Assembly (NCBI GenBank): GCA_002633005.1
Contig: NMRA01000663.1
Span: 166,233-218,600, forward strand
Length of the DNA: 52,368 nt
Reading direction: 5' to 3'
From: Phoronis australis
Taxonomy: Eukaryota > Animalia > Phoronida
A program made the position numbers and the translations under genes. This document shows positions 50,401-52,368 of the stretch, one piece after another. The notes under the pieces are model-generated. The model did no database searches. It saw only the letters and a list, made by a program, of their open reading frames with translations, and was not told the DNA's origin. Numbering within the stretch: the first letter of the stretch is position 1; the number at the start of each line of letters is the position of its first letter.

Positions 50401-52368
50401 GATATCTTGCAACGGCTTCTGAGAAGGAAGAAAGGCGACGTTGCAACTTAATTGTAAAATTTGGCACAAAAACGGAACAGTAATTTATATTACAATCAAA
50501 TCTGTAAATGTACAATTATCTACAATAAATCTAAGATTTTAGGATCCATTTTTAAACCCGAAAACAAACCTACAATGACACCTACAGCGGTCGAGGTTGG
50601 GCAACTCGACAGGTTCAGTAACTTTGCTGTCTTCAAAGAAACCATCCAGCTGCAGGCAGTTACACAGTATGTGGATGTACATAGCAGGTTGCTGATGTTA
50701 CAGTGCTAGCTTAGGCAAGGTGTTCATCTACAGCAAACAGTGGGGCCAGAAATACATTCTGCTTCTCATTAACTCTTGCATGTCTGCAACACAATGGGCC
50801 AATTGCTAACAAAGCCTCATGGAGCAGCAGGCAGCAGCTGGAAATTGAGGAAAGCCAATTAGTGTCACCCTACGATTATTGGACGGCTGTAAGGGTTGCA
50901 GTATGCTACCCATGGAAGCATTTTATTATGCCAAAAGTAAAACCTATTCTGACGACATAGATTAAACAAGACGAGTGTTAATTGATTACACTTCACGACC
51001 CGATTACTTTGTGTAATGTCAAGATCGGATAAGGTAAACAAATTTAAGATGAATTAGGTTAGTTTTGAGATAGAAAACCAAAAATATGCAAATAAGTGTG
51101 TGAAAATCAATTTTACTGATTATTAAATGACGTCCAGAAACATGACAATGAATCATGACATGATGAGAGTTATTTTACATGGGTTTAATAAGAAATAATT
51201 TGATTTTTGACAATATGTGAAATGATCTATTATCCAGCACGATATTAAGTGGGCTCCATTGCATATTAAGTTGCTAACTTGAATGTGAAAGTGACACAGT
51301 GCCAGCAAGTAAATATGTTGCAATCAAGGCCATTGTCGGTGACATTTGGAGATCACCATGGGGCACTTCAAAATGAAATTTACGAAAATTTGGGTGAGCA
51401 TTTGTGCAAGATAAAGGTGATTAAAGTGAAGTTCTGAAAAATTAGGGGTTGTTGTTTTGCCGCACCAAAGCGTTAACCTGGGAAAATGCAGTAAAAAGGC
51501 TGCCAGCCCCTATCACAATCACAAAAAATAGCTCAAATTGTATATGAGACCTGTACATATGATACATTACACAATCATACTCCAACCTCCTCTGGACTGC
51601 TTTCAACAAAAAATTTTGCAACGTTTCGCAACTCTACAAGGCCTGAAAAGAATTTATCTGGCGTGTTAGCATGCCAAGAATTGTACAATGACATCTGGCT
51701 TACCTCAAAACCCAACTGCTGTCTGCTGGTTTGCTAATTGGCCCAATTATGTTGCACAACCAGTAGATTTAACGAGGAACACCATATGGAAACATTAATG
51801 TTAAGGTTGTAAAAATCACATTCTAGTCCAATTTTCAGAATTCAAAAACCTAATCATACGCACTTTTCATCAACTATTCAAATATGCCACTGACTTAAAA
51901 ACTTTCAAAACAAAAAAATTAAAAATACTGCTGTTGCCCTCCCCCCTGTGTGTTTATGAGGGATCTGATTTTGCAAAGAGTGATAACATCAGGAGCCTGA
52001 AGCTATGCAGTTAAAAACAACAGCATGGCGTCTTTGATCAATACTGGCACATTTTAAGGTACGCAAACCGGTCGAGTTGCCCAATCTCAACCGGTTAGGG
52101 TGTCAACGTTGGATTCTCTTCATGAGCATCTCATTAGCATCTCATTAGCAGCACAAAGCAGCATAGTCTAATTACAAATGGGTATAAACATTACGTAACA
52201 AAGTGCTTTTTTGAATTTTTTTGCTCCTAAATTACCGTTTTCCGCTTGTTTTGAAGAGAGTGAGACCAATTCAGACTCTTGTCTTGAATTTTCTTCAATT
52301 TTCTGGTTTGCGACAAACTCACAGCCCTTAACACCTTCAGTTGCTCTTTGAAAAAAGCCTTCAATGGG

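Noticed and set aside
50790-50860. Similarity to 2300-2370 (CAGCAGGCAGCAG…AATTGAGGAAAGCCAA)
   Set aside because: Probably a real dispersed repeat, but its ends and class could not be defined.
50964-51830. Possible second HINE-type family (AAACAAGACG plus short hairpin)
   Set aside because: No matching opposite end or subTIR pair was found.

Overview
AT-rich, transposon-dense genomic DNA from a metazoan, probably a bilaterian invertebrate. There is no prokaryotic operon, rRNA or CRISPR content. The only intact host gene is an NFIL3/E4BP4/vrille-type bZIP repressor (30401-31774, +). Its long coding exon carries the canonical bZIP, the LPHKLR motif and an unexpected second, degenerate bZIP at the C-terminus. 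Candidate upstream exons lie at about 22.0 and 23.6 kb, and a dense D-box/E-box cluster lies at about 5.5-5.85 kb. The rest is mostly mobile DNA: decayed CR1/L2-type and L1/Tx1-type LINEs, an Academ-like transposon end, a Kolobok-like TTAA element, a solo LTR with heat-shock elements, SINE fragments and several MITE families, some nested three deep. The most striking pattern is a DINE-1/HINE-like (Helentron-associated) family whose internal ~150-bp monomers each carry a near-consensus CTCF motif. These form one array in the putative NFIL3 intron and a second, oppositely oriented array downstream of the gene. All calls come from reading the sequence by eye and repeat boundaries are approximate.
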